Assembly (NCBI GenBank): GCA_973895155.1
Contig: OZ316895.1
Span: 5,335,181-5,399,180 of the forward strand
Reading direction: 5' to 3'
Length of the DNA stretch: 64,000 nucleotides
Origin: Marsupella aquatica
Taxonomy: Eukaryota > Plantae > Marchantiophyta
This document shows, in pieces, positions 13,651-27,368 of the stretch. The stretch's first letter is position 1. Each line of letters opens with the position of its first letter. The notes beneath the pieces were generated by a model. The model was given only the letters and a program-made list of their open reading frames with translations. It was not told the DNA's origin and did not search any database. Position numbers and translations under genes: made by a program.

Positions 13651-16384
13651 TGATGTTGCAAAGAAGAGTTGTCATTTTGATAATATTGTTGTTGTGGTTC
13701 AATCTTGCCTTTGGGTCAATCTGTTCATGTTGTTAAGAAGTGTTGTTGACAAAGTTAAAATGTTATTAAAGGGGAAGTGTTTTCAAGAGTAAGTACTGTG
13801 GTTGCTGGAAGATTGTAGCTAAATGGTAGATTATAAAATATCGTCCAACAAATCATGCACTTGCAAAGGAAACGGAGTTGAGTGTCAATATTTGTCAAGT
13901 GAAAACTGTGTTGGACAATAGTGTTGTCATTTTGAAAATGTGGTCGTTGTGATTCCCTGTGTGATTCAAGTATTGCCATTTGGATCCATGTTGTGAATGA
14001 AATGGTCAAAACAAAAGGACAAAAAATTGTGGTGGCAAAGGCACAGATTCTATGAACATGGAAGTAAAATAACAAAACAGGGCAGGGGAGGGAAACATAA
14101 AATGAACGTCCCATAAAATGCCCAAGAAATGGGCGAACCCAATTGGACATTGGACCAACCCAATGCAAAGTGAGAGGAGGATGGATGATTAGCCCAGCCA
14201 GATAAAATCTTCTATCTCTCCCATATAAATGCAACATGGGATGGCCAGAGTCAACAAACAAATAAGCAACCCTAAATATCCTATCTGCTAGCCAGGATGA
14301 GAAGAATTCTAGGTCATTAGAAAAAACTTACCTCCTCAAGATAACAAAAACCCCTCACCCCTCAAAAACAGAAAAAGTATAGGTTGCCCCTTTTGCTGGA
14401 GGAAATTTAGTCATATCCCGTTTAAACAAATTAGAAAAAAGTGTCAAGAATGTTAAGAAGTAAAAAGAGAGAGAAACTATGGATTACTTTTTGTTATTTG
14501 GGAGTTTCAACATCTGGATTTTAGTTAGTTTAGAAAAGGTGTTAGGAATGTTAGAAATAAGAAACCACCAAGGAAAAGAACATATATTGGTTACATTATC
14601 TTGCTGGGAGTTTCACTTAGTGTATTTTTGTAAAAAAAGGCCAGTTAATTATTTATAGCTGGGCAAAGTAAGCAAAGAATAAGCACAACACTGAGCAAGG
14701 ATTGTACATGCACAGGAATCAAGACAGGACAAAAGGCAAGGTACAGTCCATGCCCAGAAAGCAAGGTGTACTTCCACTTGTCCTTGTCATGGAAAGCAAG
14801 GCATACTTCAAGGCCAGGATCTGTCTTCCTGCCATGGATGCCAAGATACATGCTCCTGGGCAAAGTAGGTGAGCAATCAAAGAGGGTGCATTAGGCATTA
14901 GGGGCATGATTTTTGTGATCCTACGGTTCCCAAAAAGTGTTAAACAATCTAATGGCTCATATCAGTCCCGCCCAAAACTGTTTTTGTAAAGGGACAAAGG
15001 ACCAAAAAGGGCGGCATTAGATATTATAGTTGTAGATGACAAGCAGTGGGCCCAAGGAAGTATTTATGTGGAGTGTTATTTTGTCTATGATTTCAGACCA
15101 TCTCTGGAAGTGGTCCAAACATTTGGAAACTTTGGCTCTTTGATTCAAGTGATTTGTAAACTTTGAACTTCATTTCAAGTTTTGTTTGGAGCCTATGTTT
15201 ATAACAAGAAGCGACCCTCCACTTTTCCCTGGTGAAAAAAGTTACAAGTGCAACCAACATCTTGTACAGTCACCCTCGGTTCCATCACGGGTTCCATCAT
15301 ACGATAAAAAGTGCAAAAGTCACCTAAATTACAAGCATATAAAGAAAAGCTCATTGTTAGGGCAGAAACATTGTCAAAATTGTGAGAATTCTAGATATGC
15401 CTCTTGTGACCACATAAATTGGTCACAGCCTGGTTTAATTTTTGCGCTAACCGAGAGGTAGAACTATTGTAAGCTAACAAAAAGGGTGTTGCAGACTAGG
15501 AATCTATTCCTTAATTTTTGGAGATGATAGGGGCAAATGATTGGAGGGACATCCCATCCTTCCCCCCCCCCCCCCCATGTGACAAAAAAGTGCTCCCTAA
15601 GTTGTGATTGCAAGTTTAGAATTTATTTATTTTTGCTTTCTTTGGCCTCAAAAAAACCAATGGAATTTCATTAAAACAAAACCAGCATACAACAGGGTGG
15701 CCCACAAAGGGGGTTGGCACCCACGTTGATGAAAGGTAGTGGAGCCCAAAGGACCAGAGAGGCCAGTACCAAGAAAAGACCAAGCCCCAAACAAAGGGAA
15801 GCTAAACCAGAATTTTAACTATTGCAGAACTATGACAGGCGGCCAATGGAACAGAGACAACTCCATAAAACCTGCCAGTGAACAGAGACCTATGGAGTAC
15901 ATAATTCTTGGTAGGAAGAAAGGTTGCTGGTCTGTAACCTTTTATACTAGATGCTACCATTTCCATAACCCTTTGACCAGAAAATCCCATCTGGTTATCT
16001 TTTTCCTAGACAGGTATTACTATGACTAGCCCCATGACCCATTCTTTGAACCTAAACAGATATGAAGAAAAAGCTTACACAACAAAATTTACATGTTATT
16101 TTGGTTAGTTTTTGCCTCATCCTTGTTTTTTGTCCATCCTCATTTCACTTTTATCAATATTTTAGAGTCAATGTCACTAGTCAATGTCACGTTTGTCAGT
16201 CCTCATTTAAAATTTTAAGCTTATTGAACCTCAGTATCATATTGGGAGCTAGTGTCTAGAGACTTCACTCTAGGGTGGGCCCTTGGGCAATGCCCTTAAA
16301 TCACCACTGTCCATATAAAAGGAGAATGTCCATAGAAAAGGAGAAGTGGCGGTTTTATAGTAAGATAAGATAAAGAAAAGATTG

Positions 16385-16410
16385 TTTGGGCCAAAACCCC
16401 AGCCCAAAGG
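16385..16410 (+). promoter_or_regulatory. Site II-like (TGGGCY / RGCCCA) motifs upstream of the MED32 transcript
   Basis: tttgggccaaaaccccagcccaaagg lies ~100 bp before the GA-rich leader. The motifs are short, so evidence is weak. Confidence 0.3.
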
Positions 16411-17489
16411 CGCGGAACTTGCCGTAGAATTGATCCCAATCGCAACCGCTTCACCGGACAATAGTCCGAATGTAATGTCACGTTCCTGTGAGGAGGGGAG
16501 AGGAGAGGAGAGGAAAATGGCGACGTGAATAAGCGCAGTGAGAGGATCAACAACGACGCCACCCGTGTAAAAGGTTGGTTATTCTTCCGATCATTCTACT
16601 CTAACCTGTTCGCTCTTCTGGAGACCAGCGTCTGGTTTGGATTCCTAATCATTATTTCGAAGTAGGTGTGCTGGAGTGTGTTTTGTTATGTCCGCGTGTT
16701 GCAGCTCGCTCGAAGACCATTCGGGTCCGCTGTGCGTTGGAGTTTGAGCAAATTCCGGAGCAGAGAGAGAGAGCGACGCTTGTGTGCCGGAAGGAATGGG
16801 GGTGGCCTTTGTGTGGTGATGGTCGCCAGATAGGGGTCAAAAGTGTCCACTTGTAAAACTCCGTAGGTATTAGGGTTTGGGGAAGCTGAAGAATTGAGGT
16901 TAGCAAAGAGAGGGATGACGCGACTTGATTGGTGGAGAAAGATTACTTGCTGTACCGTGTTGGGACGAGAGATTGGGTCGGGATGGAGTTGGGTCTTGGG
17001 CATTTCGTCTGAGCTCCTGTGAACGACGGGAGAACGGCACGTCCAGTAGCGGTTAGCGATAATCGCAAGGTGCCATGTCTTTTGCCATTCCTCGTGAATG
17101 TAACGGAGGGCAGGGGTACGATGGATGCAAACCTCTGCACGCGTTTGGTTGTGATTGTTGACTGCCTTGCTGCTGAGAGCGAGGAGAGAGAGAATTCCGC
17201 AGTTTGACGTGATCTTAAGTTGTGAGAGGAGGTTCTTTCATGGCGTGAATCGTTAGATGTCCAGTCTGTGTACTGGTTCTTTGACTGTGACTGAACATGG
17301 ACATTTCCTTGTTTAGGGTAGCTCGCAGGTCGTAGCAGCATAAATTGGATTGACGTTCTTTAGTAATGGTATGTGTCGGTGCATCACATTTGAATTGTTT
17401 TGGGAGTGCAGCTCCATGAGCTGATCTTGCTCGTCAGCTTCAGTGACGAGGATTCGGACGTCTGAAATTTTACCTGCTTTAAGGGTGGC

Positions 17490-18430
17490 ATGGATCACGT
17501 GGCAAATCGTCTCCAGCGGGCGTATAATGTAGGTAGAATTTTTCTGTTCGTTTCGGTTGGGCGTAGGGATATGGAAGTGAAGCTCTCATGAATTATTTAC
17601 TTAGGTAGCAATGTGGGGTGCGTCCTACGGATGACTCCATCGAATGTGCAATTTCGGATAATCTGGCTGTTATCGTCGTACTCGTTGTGACTTGCTAGTA
17701 ACGCTCTTTAGTGGTGGGGTGCTGTCTCCTTGCAGGCTCTACTGAACGCAGTGTCTGTAGTGTTGGAGTCGAAAGAAGCCGGTGATATCCAGTACGTACT
17801 CTGTTTGCCAGCTGAAGTGGGGTTGTCAATTTAATCGTTGTGGTTCAGAGACGCTGAATTTCGGTTTGTCTGTTGTTAGACGCTCAGCACGAACTGATGC
17901 AGCTTTAGAGGCATTCTACAACGCTTTCCAGCTCTTCCAGGCCAGCTGTGACAAAGCCCAAGAATACGTGGTAGGTCTCCGTCAGACGAGAGTACCTGTG
18001 AGTGGGGAAACGGAGAATTTTCTGTCCTGCTCCGTCCATTCAAAAGTTGTCGGGCCTGTCGGTGTGCAACGAATGAAAATCAGAGTGTTTTCCCAATAAT
18101 AATACCTCCAATTTAATCATTCGAGACTTAATTTATTTCGACAACCGATGATCTAAGCACGCTTGGTAACTTCTTCTGCAGGAATCGGTAAGACAGAGGA
18201 TTGGTTCAGAGTGTATTGTGGACGAAGCAACAGGACCCATATCTCTAAAACTGAGCAAGTTATCGGAAGAAGGAGCAAACAAGTCAGCTATCCCTCCACT
18301 GAGTGCTACCAGGTTGGAGCAAATGAGCAAGGCTGTGCGGTTACTCGTGTTGGAGTTACAACCAGGTTCAGGGACCAGTGCTTCTCTACCGCCCCCTGAC
18401 AGAACGCCGGCAGAAGATAGTTCTCACTAA
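17490..18430 (+). CDS. MED32: Mediator of RNA polymerase II transcription subunit 32 (MED2/29/32 family)
   Basis: Exons 17490-17528, 17736-17791, 17880-17970 and 18182-18430 give MDHVANRLQRAYN-ALLNAVSVVLESKEAGDIQ-RSARTDAALEAF...CDKAQEYV-ESVRQRIGSECIVDEATG...PPLSATRLEQMSKAVR, matching plant MED32 motifs (VKQRIGSECLVDEATG, PPISAVRLEQMSRAVR). Confidence 0.92.
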
Positions 18431-18928
18431 GTGATTCCAAGGCATTGCAGTCACCGGTTGGGCGTTTGTACTTATATACCGGTATGAAGTCCTTCTTGCC
18501 CACATTGCCTGATGTCTGAGTTTAGTGTTTGAGGTCACGCCAACGTATGTCGGAGCCAGCGTTTTTGAGTGTTGTCTTGTTCCGTTGCGCAGTGATTGTT
18601 CACTAGATGAGATTACTGGCTTTCCTTCCTTCTGTGCAACTAGCCTTTTACTATGATCGCAGCAAAAGAGTCACCACGAAATGCAGTGGGGTAAGCTAAT
18701 AGGCAAAGGGTCTATTGAGGGCCATCTTCCTTGTTTGCGTCATCCGTCAGCCCTTGACTCCTCCCTCGTTAATGTTCAGGTTCTTTTGATGTTCAGAGGA
18801 GTGAATGTCAAGCAGTCCAGTGTAATCTGGATCGAAGAGACTTGAAATCGGGATCCGAGAAATACGGGGCTCATGTTCACGGGCTACATTTGGGACGGCG
18901 AACTGATATCTGTGTTCAATTGTCAGCA

Positions 18929-19732
18929 ATGGGGCGGCTCATATTTTACGAAATGCTAGACAAACCCGTGACTAGCATCATCATAGCGGTTTGCAGCGCG
19001 ATTTGGTTGTACATTCAAAAGAAGGGCCTGGGATATGCAGAGTTGGGGCTAAGCTATGATGCTGTAGTAACAGGAGGACAGCACTGGCGTCTACTGACAT
19101 CATCATTTACACACATTAGCTTCTTACACTTGATATTCAACATGAGCTCTCTGTGGAGCCTTGGCGTGATAGAAACCCTTCCAAGTCTGGGTCTCGGAAT
19201 AAGATATTATCTACATAATACCCTGGTACTGTTGATCATCTCTAGCTTATTAGTGCTAGGGCTCTATCACATTTTGATCCACCAGTTTAAGCTAGACTAT
19301 TACAAGCAAGTAACAGCAGTTGGCTATTCCTGCGTGGTGTTCGGGTGGATGACAATTCTCGCTGTGAAACGTCCCTCATCCAAGCTGAACCTTTTTGGGC
19401 TCCTGTCCTTACCTATAAGTTATGCTCCATTTGAGTCGTTAGTTTTCACTTCCATTATTGTTCCTCAAGCTAGCTTCTTAGGGCACTTATCTGGGATTCT
19501 GGCGGGCTATCTAGTGGCGTGGAATGTTTTCCAAGGCATGAACGACTACTGGGCTGTCACGATATTTGGTTGGATGGTGTTATTGTTCGTCATCAGCTTA
19601 AAGAGAACATCTCGTCACGATCTACCGTTTTTACAGAGTGATGAAGCAATCCCAGCAGTAGGCTTAGTAACTCCAACTTCAGTGGAAAGGAATGTGGATA
19701 CCTCGCGATCAGTGGGTAGCGATTTAGTTTAA
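18929..19732 (+). CDS. RBL13: Rhomboid-like intramembrane serine protease 13
   Basis: Single [19 protein letters not shown]... with WR motif ([11 protein letters not shown]), HLIFNM, catalytic GYS and FLGHLSG. A possible 4-aa spliced N-terminal extension (MQWA) starts at 18681. Confidence 0.93.
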   Translation: MGRLIFYEMLDKPVTSIIIAVCSAIWLYIQKKGLGYAELGLSYDAVVTGGQHWRLLTSSFTHISFLHLIFNMSSLWSLGVIETLPSLGLGIRYYLHNTLVLLIISSLLVLGLYHILIHQFKLDYYKQVTAVGYSCVVFGWMTILAVKRPSSKLNLFGLLSLPISYAPFESLVFTSIIVPQASFLGHLSGILAGYLVAWNVFQGMNDYWAVTIFGWMVLLFVISLKRTSRHDLPFLQSDEAIPAVGLVTPTSVERNVDTSRSVGSDLV

Positions 19733-20880
19733 CTCTTGGATTCAATTGTAAGCATTAGAGAGAATGAGGGACTTATTAGTTTGTCCAAAGTTCCTGGAAT
19801 GGAAATGGTAGTTGAGGACATCTGTAACATAACGTTAGGGCTTTCTAGCACAAGAAAACACTAGATAAGCCACCACACCAGAAAGTGGAATCATTGTTAG
19901 AACATGCAAGTCCTCAATGCTGGAAGCGTCGGGATTTGTTAGCTCAAACTTGTGTCTGACAAAATGTTCACTTCAACCACAGTTTCTCGACTTTGCTGAG
20001 TGCATCTTCACTTCCACGATTTGTAATCGCCCATGTGACTTGTCTCAATGATTGCATCTAATTAGCTATGAGAGTCCAGCTGAACAATTCGATGACCTGG
20101 GCACAGTGCAGCACAGGTCTGTTGGGTTTAGGCTCTTTTTATACTATGATGAATGTTTTTGAATCTATAGTAAAATTTGTCCATTTGATACGGAAGAACA
20201 ATATTTGAGGCCATCAAGATCTTCAAAATGCAATTGAATGGAATCATGATGGAAAGCACCTCCTGATCCACAGCTCTTGGAGGAAACATGTCTTTGCCCA
20301 TCTGATTGACGATGGATCTTACAATGACATGAGCGTAATAAGTTTGTTTCAGTTTTTTAATCGTTGGTAAATGGCTGTCCCTTGACCTCCAATCCAAACT
20401 TCACTTCAAACGGTGAAAGCTCAGCAAAGCAATATCAGACGGCTATCCGTATACGGGTCACATTTACAAAGGGAACTGGAAAAATTGGCAACGCTGTCCC
20501 ATACTCTACAAAACTAGAGATCTAAAGATGTCGAATCCTGCCACTCGCAACAGCAATCTCCCGAAATGGGGGAACTCACTATAATCGAGCTGTTTACACC
20601 CAGTGGAATGATTAATACGCACGTTCCTAGCACTGTCAAAGCGTTCACTCATCAAGCATGGCCGCCACTTTACACCAGGAACATCAGCAGCATAAATTGC
20701 AATGAATGATGACCGTGGCTCCGCCTGCAGCCCAATGTGTAACAATCCTGAACAATTTTGGCCCATGAAAGCAAGTTGAGTAGGATAAGCGGTGGGAACA
20801 AAATTTTGAGAGCTTTGACGGTTGACGATTGGGATTCATTCTTTCCGCAATCATCGACATCAAACTTTCCGCAATCATTG

Positions 20881-21090
20881 GGCCTAGTGTCAAGACAGGT
20901 CTCTATGAACTCGGGTAGGAAATCGTAGAACTGTTCGGATTTGTACACAGGTTGTCTTATGTACACTGCGGGCTCAGATCTATTGGGCCTAGTATCAAGA
21001 CAAAGGATCCATCAACTCGGGTAGGTAAATCGTAAAAGTGTTCGAATTTTGTACACTCAGGCAGACTTATGTACACTGCAGACTCAGATC
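20881..21090. repeat. Tandem duplication of ~105 bp downstream of the LRAT-domain gene
   Basis: gggcctagt(g/a)tcaagaca...aactcgggtagg...aatcgta...tttgtacac...cttatgtacactgc...ctcagatct at ~20881 and ~20986. Confidence 0.75.
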
Positions 21091-21102
21091 TTTGCTGCGC
21101 CC

Positions 21103-22507
21103 CTAACTCCGGTGCCGGCCAGACATTACAGCAGACAAGGTTTGCAGCTGCTGAGCCTTCTTTGCCTGTTGGGACAGCTGGCCCCAATTCATATGGATGG
21201 AAAGATCTTCGACAGCGATTTTGACCACGTCTCTCCGAACTCCGATGTCGGTTGCGTATCTGTAGAAGAAGTACACTCCTGCTGATGCTGCTGCCATGCC
21301 CCAAGGATTTTTCACCATGAACTTCAAAGGGGAAGAGATGACTGCAGCAACGGGTGCTCCTAGAAATGTAACAGCCTGTTCACTTCGCGCAATGAAGCTA
21401 TTATCAACGGCCAACAGCCCCGTTTTACAGTATATCGCGAAGTCCTCGCGACTGTTGTGGAAGAGATGATAGAATCCGAAACCATGCTCGTACAAGTAAC
21501 TGGCTCGGTGAAGTACAACCTCGGCGGGATCTGCCTCAGCCAAAGTGCAAGTTCCTCCTCTTGCACTAAGGAAACTCACTGTGCTTTCCCCATACTGAAA
21601 TCGGTAGAGAGGACAATCCGCCAAGAAGCAGTCGAGACAGGACAGTACAACGCCATAGCTTTCCCCGGTCAGCCCACAGTCGGGACACTTTCTGTTGCTT
21701 GAAGCTGGTCTTGAACTGGAGAGGAGGATATCCGTGAACGTAACTGTTCCCAACTCTTCATTTCGACTTTTTGTAAAATGGATGACTTTGTTGTCCGCCA
21801 CGTAAATCCCTGCCATATAACAAAAAGCCAACATTTAGATCTTTTAATCCAATCATTTGCCGTAGTCTCGTGAGCGCCCCTTCACCATGTACAAAGCACA
21901 ACTAGGTCGCATTTCAGAATCACTATTGGTAACGTGAGATAACGCGCGAGAACTCATCCACAGCATATGTCGACCTATATAGAGACGATCGAAGAATTGA
22001 CCTGAAGAATATGCTTAGCAGGTGCATGACATCGTTTCCATAAGAGTGGTCGCCCCGGAACAACTCTTAACTATATAACGACACAGGAGTAGTCCCCCTT
22101 GTTCCACTAGTTCAATTTAACCATTTCCCTTTCGAGAGTTTTCTGAGCTTCACATGAACACGAAAACTGCCTCTGTGTGGTTCCTCAAAAAGGAGTGAAC
22201 TCTTTACGTTCAAAACTATCAAGTCCGCACTCGACCCCTCTCTCCAGTAAGCATATATAGACCCCGCAAGACGTTAGGCAAGCTAGGCCACTGTTTGTGA
22301 GCCTACCCGTCTTAGAACTAGCTCGGTGTCACGCAGAAGCGCGAAGTACTAGAGAGCAATGAGAAACAGTCTAAAATGACAAAAATAAGTTTAACTTAAG
22401 AGTATGAACGTACCATGGTGAGCATAACTGCACGCCGATCGCCAAGCGTAGATGTGATCACCGTGCTGTAGATCCTCGATTCCAACGCAATTGGAGAGAA
22501 CGCCCAT
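21103..22507 (-). CDS. LRAT/NC-domain protein (LEAD-SENSITIVE 1-like) with the catalytic Cys replaced by Arg
   Basis: Exon 1 22507-22414 (MGVLSNCVGIEDLQHGDHIYAWRSACSYAHHG) joins exon 2 21809-21103 in phase 1 (GIYVADNKVIHFT...SCLDCFL...ARGGTCTLA...LFHNSREDFAIYCKTG...DIGVRRDVVK). Confidence 0.88.
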
Positions 22508-25500
22508 CCCTTCCTCCTCAGAATATCGTTGTTCTCGCCGAATCCGTTACAAATTATACCCTCAAGGGAAGAAGAAGAAGCTCTAGATGGTTGGCTCACG
22601 AAAACTGTTGAGATACAGGCACAGCTGCTTTCCTTCGCTTGATATGAATCCCCGGTAGAGTGAAATCTCTCCCCTTGCAGACTGAAGAACACTTGGGTGA
22701 TCGAGATAGAAGAAATTGTAAAGCAGGAGTCCAGAATGAAGCGAAGTCCTCTCAAAATATATGCGAGCCGTCCCATTATATACATTATTTCGATTCGATA
22801 CCAGCTCGATCCGCGTGGCCTGCGGCAGATCGATAACCCGCGTGGGGCGCTGTCCGGGTCGCCGGGTTTTCTGTCACATCAGCTGTCCATGCCACGGTCC
22901 TATCGCTTGGCCCGGCCGTATAATCGAGACAAAGAATCCAGACAATAAACTAGACAAACAAATCAGACAAGAAATTGAGCGGAAAGAAGAGACAAGAAAC
23001 GGGAGTACATATCCGGAAGAGAAACGAAAGAGTCAAGAGAAGATGGTAGAGTATGGATTATACTACAGGTAGCATAAGGAGGTTTTTGGGTGGAGTTGTG
23101 TGTATATATATATATATAAAAGAGACCTTTAGGAATGGTAACGGCGTACGTCGTAAAACGCTTTCGATGCTCTCATGAGTCAGATTACTGTTCAATATGT
23201 CGACTGGATATATCCTTAATTGGGGCAGCTGCAACAACCATCTGGCAACAAAGTTGGAGTTAACGAGGACCGTACCACTATTTCCAGAACAGCATGATTG
23301 ACACGAACCCTTCTTTGATGTCTATCTGTACATCCTTAACCTCGAGAACATCGGTATTTGTCACCTTGCACACTTAAAGGCAAAGCATGGATAGGACTGA
23401 AATTGCTCCGAAGTCGGCTCCACATCGTGTGCTGGAACAGACCGGTGACTTCACACACTAATCAAGGTACAGTACAAAAACTCAACTCGACAGGCTTGTG
23501 ACTCAAAGGAACAAAGCTGGCCCATCCTTGCGGACCGACATAGTTTACATACGGCTGATATTCAAGCACTGTCTGAGCCCTTCCCCACTCAGGAATGCAA
23601 TTAAATGGGTTACTACATGAACTAATAAGCCTTTGAAAGTCTCACGCATATTGCATTTCCATCCGCAAAGGTAGATTATGCTGAAGTCCAAATTAATGCG
23701 AATTCCTCCGTGATGCATTTCATGACTTGACTTCGTGACAAATTAAACAAAAACAAAACAGTTAAAAGGACGACGAATTTGACGTCTGCCTTTGAGCGAA
23801 TACTTCGGAGTTTCATTGTCGACCGCAGTGCGGTGAGCAGATGTTAGTATTAGAAGCCGCGATGAATTATAAATGTGACGCAGATGAGGGAACAATTTCT
23901 TCAATTCGGCTCCTCCTATCTGGATGCATGGCAATGCCGGAAGTTGCCCACTGCAGCAATCTTCTACAGTGTAGATACTCAGTATGTCGTCGTTCCACAA
24001 CGCTAGCTTCTTTGTTGTCGATCTGTACAAGCCAATCATCCCGGGGACAGGTTCAACTACAAAGACCTAGTTTCAGCTCCTGCCAATTGTCCCTGCTCTC
24101 GTTGGCGTGTAAGTCACTGCGAAGCATGATATATTATTTAATGGTCGTATTACATTTTTCGGAGAATCTGTGCTTGACCTATTGTTGTCGGAGCCACCCG
24201 GTCCTGGTTTTTTGTCGAAGGGATTGTAAGGAAACCAGTAGATAAGATGAAACAAGGTGCGTTCTCTGATGACCAGAACACGTGTTCCATCTTTCTGTCT
24301 TAGTATGTTGTAAGCAATGAATGACTCACTGACTTAATGCTACGTACGTAGAGACAACTTTTGAACTATCGATCTGTCACCTGCAGAAGTATGACAAGTT
24401 ATTGTGCTCGTCACTCGGATATAGCTGTCGCGATAGCTGCCTCAAGACGAGATTCCGAGCCATCTGCTTCAGGAAACTTGCCCAACTCCTTACTCTATAC
24501 ATTAAATATAGCTCAAGAGCTTGAATACTCTATTTCCTACTCTATACCTTGGGTATAGCTCAAAGAGTTCTCTTTATTTAGTATACTGTACACGTCGCAA
24601 GCATAGTGTGCCACAGTGCAAATCCAATGGTTACTGACTTTTTCCTGCCTTCTCTCAAACATGCACCCTTGGATATGGTATTATGGTCGTTAGATCTTTG
24701 ACAAACAGGAATGAATCCAGTATTTATTCAAAGCGCTACCGATTGGGGATGACTTTTTGGCCTAATGTTACGAGATTGGTCAACAGAGCCTATATATACC
24801 AACCCACTAACCATAGGAGATGCTCCAACACGGCAGATAGCACGATGCTGTACAGTAAGTGTAGGATTCAGCTCCTTGAAATAGGAGACGCTGCAATCGA
24901 GACTGAATTTTGAATGCCCATTTGCTGCAATTGAGACATCTGCAGGCGTCGAGTGCGATTCTCGGGAACTCTGAATCTTGTATAAAGCACTGTGCATGAG
25001 CCACCTCCTTACCTTAGATTGAGATGGATGGCGCACAATTGTTGTGCAGTTTACAAGTTTGAGTTTAGGCCAAACTGGCTGGCGTTGGCCGTCGATAATA
25101 ACTTAATATGGCGCGAAGTCGCTGGTGGCCTAATTAAAGAATTGTCAGGGCTGAAGCCAGTGTAGAGCTTGGGTTTTGAGGGCCTATTAGTGCCCATTAT
25201 GCTTTGTAACAAGGGCCTTACCTTAATACACATAAGGCCTAAGACATTATTATTTTATCTGTAATAGAAGAAGTAGAGTCTTCATAATGAGTTAATTCAA
25301 ATGTTGACGTGCATTGTTTTCCAATGATGCCCAAAAATAACAAAGAGAAGAATCACCAAGGGCATTCAAATCTTTACTTGTATTCTTCTCCAATAATAAT
25401 GCCTTGAAATTTACAAAAAGAAAAATTATGAAGAGCATTTAGTGTGTAAATTAGTAATGTGTGCTGGTTACACTGTCTCCATTGTTGTCCATAACACTTT

Positions 25501-27368
25501 GAGAAACATGTGCTTTAGCTCGAGTTTGAAGGGGCTATTATTGTCCACAATGCCCTGGTAAGAGGCTTTTAATACTCGTAAAGCCTAAGAGTATGTCGAA
25601 GGAAAGGCATGCAACTGTCTCCTTAAATTTAGCTGACCGGCCATCGAGCTTCTGTCCACGTTATGCAGAAATCTGTGTGAGGTGTTGAGCATTGAGAGAA
25701 GCAATTACATCATCAACTTGGAAAGTAGGAACATTTCCCACGGATTTGCTCGGTGCATGATACTTTGAGTACGTGATCCGCTTCGCGTCATTTACAAGTG
25801 ATTACGAGGGTGCTTTGCATAAAGCAGGCAACTTCACTGTTAAACTTTTCAGACTATGCTTTTGTGCAGACCAAAAACTAGAAGCAGCTAGAGGACCTCT
25901 TGTGCTCGTTATGTTGCGATTCTTCTCAGAGATGAAATCAAAGATAGATCCGGTAGTTTTTATCACTTAACCCCTCAAAAGTACAGTAGAAGATGTGCTA
26001 CCTCTTTCTAAGGTGCTATACCGAACCTGGGTATGTTGTGATCCGTGCACGGACTGCTCTGCTGGCACTGCTGGTTCGTTCCCCACCCTTGGTTTTTAAT
26101 AGCTTTGTTGCCAGTCATATATCGACCCCAGCTCTGGCTGAACTTAAAATGGGAACTCCCTTAGCGGGATGCAAAGTTCACCGCATAAACGTACTCCAGA
26201 GTGTCTTCAACTAAACTTTTTCGTATCAATGCAAGGCTTGCAAGATGCAGAAAAGCTGGCTAGTACAAGACCCAAAACCGAAATTAGAGCACAACCACAC
26301 GCAAGACCGAAGTGAAATTGTACACGCAAATTCACTTCGGAAAGCTTGCTAGTACCTGAAATCGTCCATCAGAAGTGCTAAATGAAAGCATGAACACACA
26401 AAAGTTTACCTCGTAAAGCTGGCTGCTACAAGAGTAAAATCGAACTGCAGGGCAGGATTACAAAGTAGAACAGGAACCAACAAAGATTCACGTTCACTTC
26501 GGTCAATCCTTCGAATGCTCAGTGCATACACTAGATTAGGAGCTCGATCTTGCATCAGCTAGGGGTAAAATCGAACTGCACACCGAAGCGCTGATTTGGG
26601 GCACGAAACCAACAAAGATTCCCGCTCACTTTGTGTCGATCCCAATGTCCAGTGATTAGATTAGGGGCTCCATCTTTAATCGGTAGATACGGCCCGAATG
26701 CCAACGTTGGCCGTTCTCTCATTCTTCCAAGATTCTGAGGTACGTCAAGATTGACGTTGAGACATGACACAGAAGCAGTTTGAGCCAATGCCTCTAAACT
26801 AACCCCAGATTCCATTTGTGTACCAAACTTGAAACAGGACCAAAAACCAGTCTCAGTTTCTGTGGGGTCCATTTGCGTGGAAAGAATCTAAATAGTTGAC
26901 TGGATAGAAGTTTGTTACTTTAAAGGTGGATGCCACCTATTGGGATTCCCAAGCTCTAACGTGTCTGCCCTTTTGTAAAGAAAAACGTTTTTGCATGTTT
27001 TGTAATGGATGGATAGAAGTTAATGGATTAATTAATTTGGTGGAACCCCTCATTAAGTATGCTTTACTGCTTAAAAGGGAGGTAGGTTGTTCATGGTGAA
27101 GGCACCAAGAGTATGAATGTTTAATGCTCTACTGCAGGTAGAAATCAGAACCACAGACAATTCGGATTTCAGGAGATGGCCAGCCAAGCTCTGAAATCCA
27201 AGCATCCATGCTCATAGAACCATAAATAAGTGGTCACAATATCAAGCACAAAATTCCATCTCTTGCAAAGGTTTATTTTTTACTCGCTTCCTTGGTGGTT
27301 AGCTGCAATTGTCCATGACCTCCAAAGATTTCCAATTCTGGATGACCTCGACAGCAAAAGAGGAAATA

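Noticed and set aside
21990-22070. Apparent decayed first exon of the LRAT gene (GDHSY...AYSSG)
   Set aside because: An intact, better first exon exists at 22507-22414, so this segment is intronic.
23100-27000. Scattered short ORFs and degenerate duplications (~25165/25515; 26250-26680)
   Set aside because: No coherent exon chain or domain found; treated as intergenic DNA.
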